Assembly (NCBI RefSeq): GCF_964188315.1
Contig: NC_135658.1
Location: 75,702,001-75,766,000 of the forward strand
Direction: 5' to 3'
Source of the DNA: Podarcis muralis
Taxonomy: Eukaryota
Length of the DNA: 64,000 bases
Notes under the pieces: model-generated
Told to the model about the DNA's origin: nothing
Databases searched by the model: none
The model's input: the letters and a program-made list of their open reading frames with translations, nothing else
Program-made: the position numbers and the translations under genes
Shown here: positions 60,788 to 64,000 of the stretch, piece by piece
Layout: each line of letters starts with the position of its first letter
Numbering within the stretch: the stretch's first letter is position 1

Positions 60788-60996
60788 GTGGTGGAGTGTT
60801 AGTGGTGGAAGTAGTTCTCAACGAGGACAGAAGTGGGCCATTGGAAGCACACCTCCAATCCATGTTGATGCTGCTTCTTACCGAAGGAAAAGAGCGAACC
60901 CCTTCAGAGTACAATGCGCTCTTCAGTGCTGCTGGCTTCAAGGAGGTTCAGCTAAAGAAATGCCAACTCTATGATGCCATTTTAGGAAGAAAATAA
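60788..60996 (+). CDS. ASMT: ASMT-like exon 8 (last)
   Basis: GGGVLVVEVVLNEDRSGPLEAHLQSMLMLLLTEGKERTPSEYNALFSAAGF...YDAILGRK*; TAA at 60994-60996. Confidence 0.95.
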
Positions 60997-61043
60997 TGTT
61001 TCCCCTGGATCATTCTTGTGCATTGTCCAGAGAATGCTAGAAC

Positions 61044-61049
61044 AATAAA
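61044..61049 (+). terminator. Candidate ASMT-like polyadenylation signal
   Basis: AATAAA about 48 nt after the stop. Confidence 0.6.
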
Positions 61050-61176
61050 ACTTGTTGTTATATCATCTATTTATCTTTCGGCTGTAGACACACGTTTATT
61101 TCAAAACACCAAAACACGACACTTTTTATTTCATAAACTCCAAGGTCCCTTGCAGTAGAGTTTGAATATCAAGATA

Positions 61177-61403
61177 CAGTGGTACCTCAGGTTAAGTACT
61201 TAATTCGTTCCGGAGGTCCGTACTTAACCTGAAACTGTTCTTAACCTGAAGCACCACTTTAGCTAAAGGGGCCTCTTGCTGAGCCCAATTTCTGTTCTTA
61301 TCCTGAAGCAAAGTTCTTAACCTGAAGCACTATTTCTGGGTTAGCGGAGTGTGTAACCTGAAGCGTATGTAACCTGAAGCATATGTAACCCGAGGTACCA
61401 CTG
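61177..61403. mobile_element. Tigger-like MITE with internal deletion
   Basis: CAGTGGTACCTC TIRs, TA flanks. Confidence 0.88.
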
Positions 61404-61492
61404 TACTCTTTTGAAGTGTGGTTGAAGTGCTTGATTCCAGAATGTTTGCAAATCTTTCTATTTTGTCTGTTCAGGGACAAAAAGATTCGCCG

Positions 61493-62603
61493 TAGAATCA
61501 TAGAATCATAGAGTTGGAATAGACCACAAGGGCCATCGAGTCCAACCCCCTGCCAAGCAGGAAACACCATCAGAGCACTCCTGGCATATGGTTGTCAAGC
61601 CTCTGCTTAAAGACCTCCAAAGAAGGAGACTCCACCACACTCCTTGACAGCAAATTCCACTGTCGAACAGCTCTTACTGTCAGGAAGTTCTTCCTAATGT
61701 TTAGGTGGAATCTTCTTTCTTGTAGTTTGGATCCATTGCTCCGTGTCCGCTTCTCTGGAGCAGCAGAAAACAACCTTTCTCCCTCCTCTATATGACATCC
61801 TTTTATATATTTGAACATGGCTATCATATCACCCCTTAACCTCCTCTTCTCCAGGCTAAACATGCCCAGCTCCCTTAGCCGTTCCTCATAAGGCATCGTT
61901 TCCAGGCCTTTGACCATTTTGGTTGCCCTCCTCTGGACACGTTCCAGTTTGTCAGTGTCCTTCTTGAACTGTGGTGCCCAGAACTGGACATCGTACTCCA
62001 GGTGAGGTCTGACCAGAGCAGAATACAGTGGCACTATTACTTCCCTTGATCTAGATGCTATACTCCTATTGATGCAGCCCAGAATTGCATTGGCTTTTTT
62101 AGCTGCCGCGTCACACTGTTGGCTCATGTCAAGTTTGTGGTCAACCAAGACTCCTAGATCCTTTTCACATGTACTGCTCTCAAGCCAGGTGTCCCCCATC
62201 TTGTATTTTTGCCTCTCGTTTTTTTTGCCCAAGTGCAATACTTTACATTTCTCCCTGTTAAAGTTCATCTTGTTTGTTTCGGCCCAGTTCTCTAATCTGT
62301 CAAGGTCGTTTTGAAGTGTGATCCTGTCCTCTGGGGTGCTAGCCACCCCTCCCAGTTTGGTGTCATCTGCAAATTTGATCAGGATGCCCTTGAGTCCATC
62401 ATCCAAGTCGTTGATAAAGATGTTGAATAAGACCGGGCCCAAGACAGAACCCTGTGGCACCTCACTAGTCACTCTTCTCCAGGATGAAGAGGAACCATTG
62501 GGTTCGGTCAGTCAGCCAGTTACAAATCCACTGAGTGGTAGCATAGTCAAGACCGCATTTTACCAGCTTCTTTACAAGAATATCATGGGGACCTTGTCGA
62601 AAG
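61493..62603 (-). mobile_element. CR1 LINE, 5'-truncated, young
   Basis: 300-aa open frame with [18 protein letters not shown] and FADDTKL reverse-transcriptase motifs; (ATTCTATG)n tail. Confidence 0.96.
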
Positions 62604-62685
62604 TAAATGACAGGTAACACCATTCAGATGGTGGGGAAAAATATGGAGGTGCCAAGAGGTGGCAGTTCCTGTGAGACACTGTATA

Positions 62686-62927
62686 CAGTGGTACCTCAGG
62701 TTAAGTACTTAATTCGTTCCAGAGGTCTGTTCCTAACCTGAAACTGTTCTTAACCTGAAGCACCACTTTAGCTAATGGGGCCTCCTGCTGCCACTGCACC
62801 GCCAGAGCACGATTTCTGTTCTTATCCTGAAGCAAAGTTCTTAACCTGAAGCACTATTTCTGGGTTAGCAGAGTCTGTAACCTGAAGCGTATGTAACCTG
62901 AAGCGTATGTAACCCGAGGTACCACTG
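62686..62927. mobile_element. Tigger-like MITE
   Basis: TIRs and TA flanks. Confidence 0.9.
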
Positions 62928-63667
62928 TACCTAGAAAGACTCAATTTGAGGTCCATTTTATACCCCCAAATCCACATTCCTGATGTCACTCATAAAGGTT
63001 TTGCAAACTAAGGGGAACTTCCAAGAACTGAAAAACTGCACGTCTTAACAAGATAATGGGAGCAGTAAGATTATACACACAGATACACCTTGAAGTATTT
63101 ATTGCCTGTAGATTGGGACTGATAATATAAACTACCATAAAGAACATAGCAGAGATTGCCATCGTTGCACAATTATTCTACGCTGACCAAGGGTTCTTTC
63201 AGATGTAGGGCCTTTAACACCAAGAAAATAGAGGAGACAGCACAGCTAAAAAGGGCAAAGGAATTAGGGAGGGCTAACATTCCTTTGCCCACACAGGATG
63301 AGGCTATAAAAATAGGGTTGAAATTGTGCAGAACCATCCGACTATCCTGCTTTGTTTTCCGCTTCTTCCGCTTTTGCAGGTGAGCAACCACATGCCCTTC
63401 ACCCCTTCCTCACCCCCCCCCCCCCATTTTTTACACTTCTAGGAGACTTCGGGATTTATTTATTTTTTCATTTTCCTCCCACTTCAGCCTCTTTCTTTCC
63501 TTCCCTATTTTCCCATGTCCTCCTTTACCTATCCTGGTTTAGCATCACTTTTGCTCTGGCAGAAGGCAAGGAGTGGGGAGGGGTCGGGAATGGCTCCCTA
63601 GGCCCCCTACCCTCTTACAAAAGCAGCTGCCTGCCAAGAGGTGGCAGTTCCTGTGAGACACTGTATA

Positions 63668-63909
63668 CAGTGGTACCTCAGGTTAAGTACTTAATTCGTT
63701 CCAGAGGTCTGTTCTTAACCTGAAACTGTTCTTAACCTGAAGCACCACTTTAGCTAATGGGGCCTCCTGCTGCTGCCACACCGCCAGAGCACGATTTCTG
63801 TTCTCATCCTGAAGCAAAGTTCTTAACCTGAGGTAATATTTCTGGGTTAGCGGAGTCTGTAACCTGAAGCGTATGTAACCTGAAGCGTATGTAACCCGAG
63901 GTACCACTG
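63668..63909. mobile_element. Tigger-like MITE
   Basis: TIRs and TA flanks. Confidence 0.9.
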
Positions 63910-64000
63910 TAGCAGGACTTGGCCTGGCTGAGGCTGTGTTCCATCTGCTTGATAAGCTACAGCTGCCCAGGACACACCCAAGCCAGCAAACAGGAGAGTA

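Larger units (their letters stand above)
50155..60996 (+). other. ASMT: ASMT/HIOMT-family O-methyltransferase gene span: 8 exons, 1038 nt, 345 aa; probably a divergent paralog
   Basis: Exon sizes 72,175,130,69,119,141,123,209 reproduce the vertebrate ASMT structure as recalled; one open frame; all introns GT-AG. Confidence 0.9.

Noticed and set aside
50155-60996. Assignment to ASMTL or to a pseudogene
   Set aside because: No Maf domain upstream, exon sizes match ASMT proper, and there are no stops, frameshifts or broken splice sites.

Overview
Vertebrate genomic DNA. Sauria SINEs, Bov-B, CR1/L2 LINEs and Penelope fragments point to a squamate reptile, probably a lacertid lizard (inference). 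I reconstructed four protein-coding genes by hand from GT-AG boundaries and reading-frame phase. (1) RNF149 coding exon 1 (minus, 2943-3405); the rest is not seen in the window. (2) Complete CREG2 (minus, 4 exons, 5633-18684, 304 aa). (3) Complete RFX8 (minus, 15 exons, 21753-46374, 568 aa) with a full winged-helix DNA-binding domain. (4) An intact 8-exon ASMT/HIOMT-family O-methyltransferase (plus, 50155-60996, 345 aa), head-to-head with RFX8. The ASMT-like gene is the main highlight. It keeps the catalytic His-Asp and most SAM contacts, but both polar residues recalled as N-acetylserotonin contacts (human N302, Q306) are Leu and the glycine-rich SAM loop is rewritten. It also sits outside the usual ASMT neighbourhood, so it is a candidate neofunctionalised methyltransferase. 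Other highlights: an intact minimal hammerhead ribozyme in a Penelope fragment, a second hammerhead split through its core by a SINE, a hAT element apparently containing a copy of neighbouring host DNA, a CCAAT-rich solo LTR antisense within RFX8, an RPL27A processed pseudogene, perfect palindromes and VNTRs. Comparisons to human and chicken proteins are from memory and need alignment to confirm.
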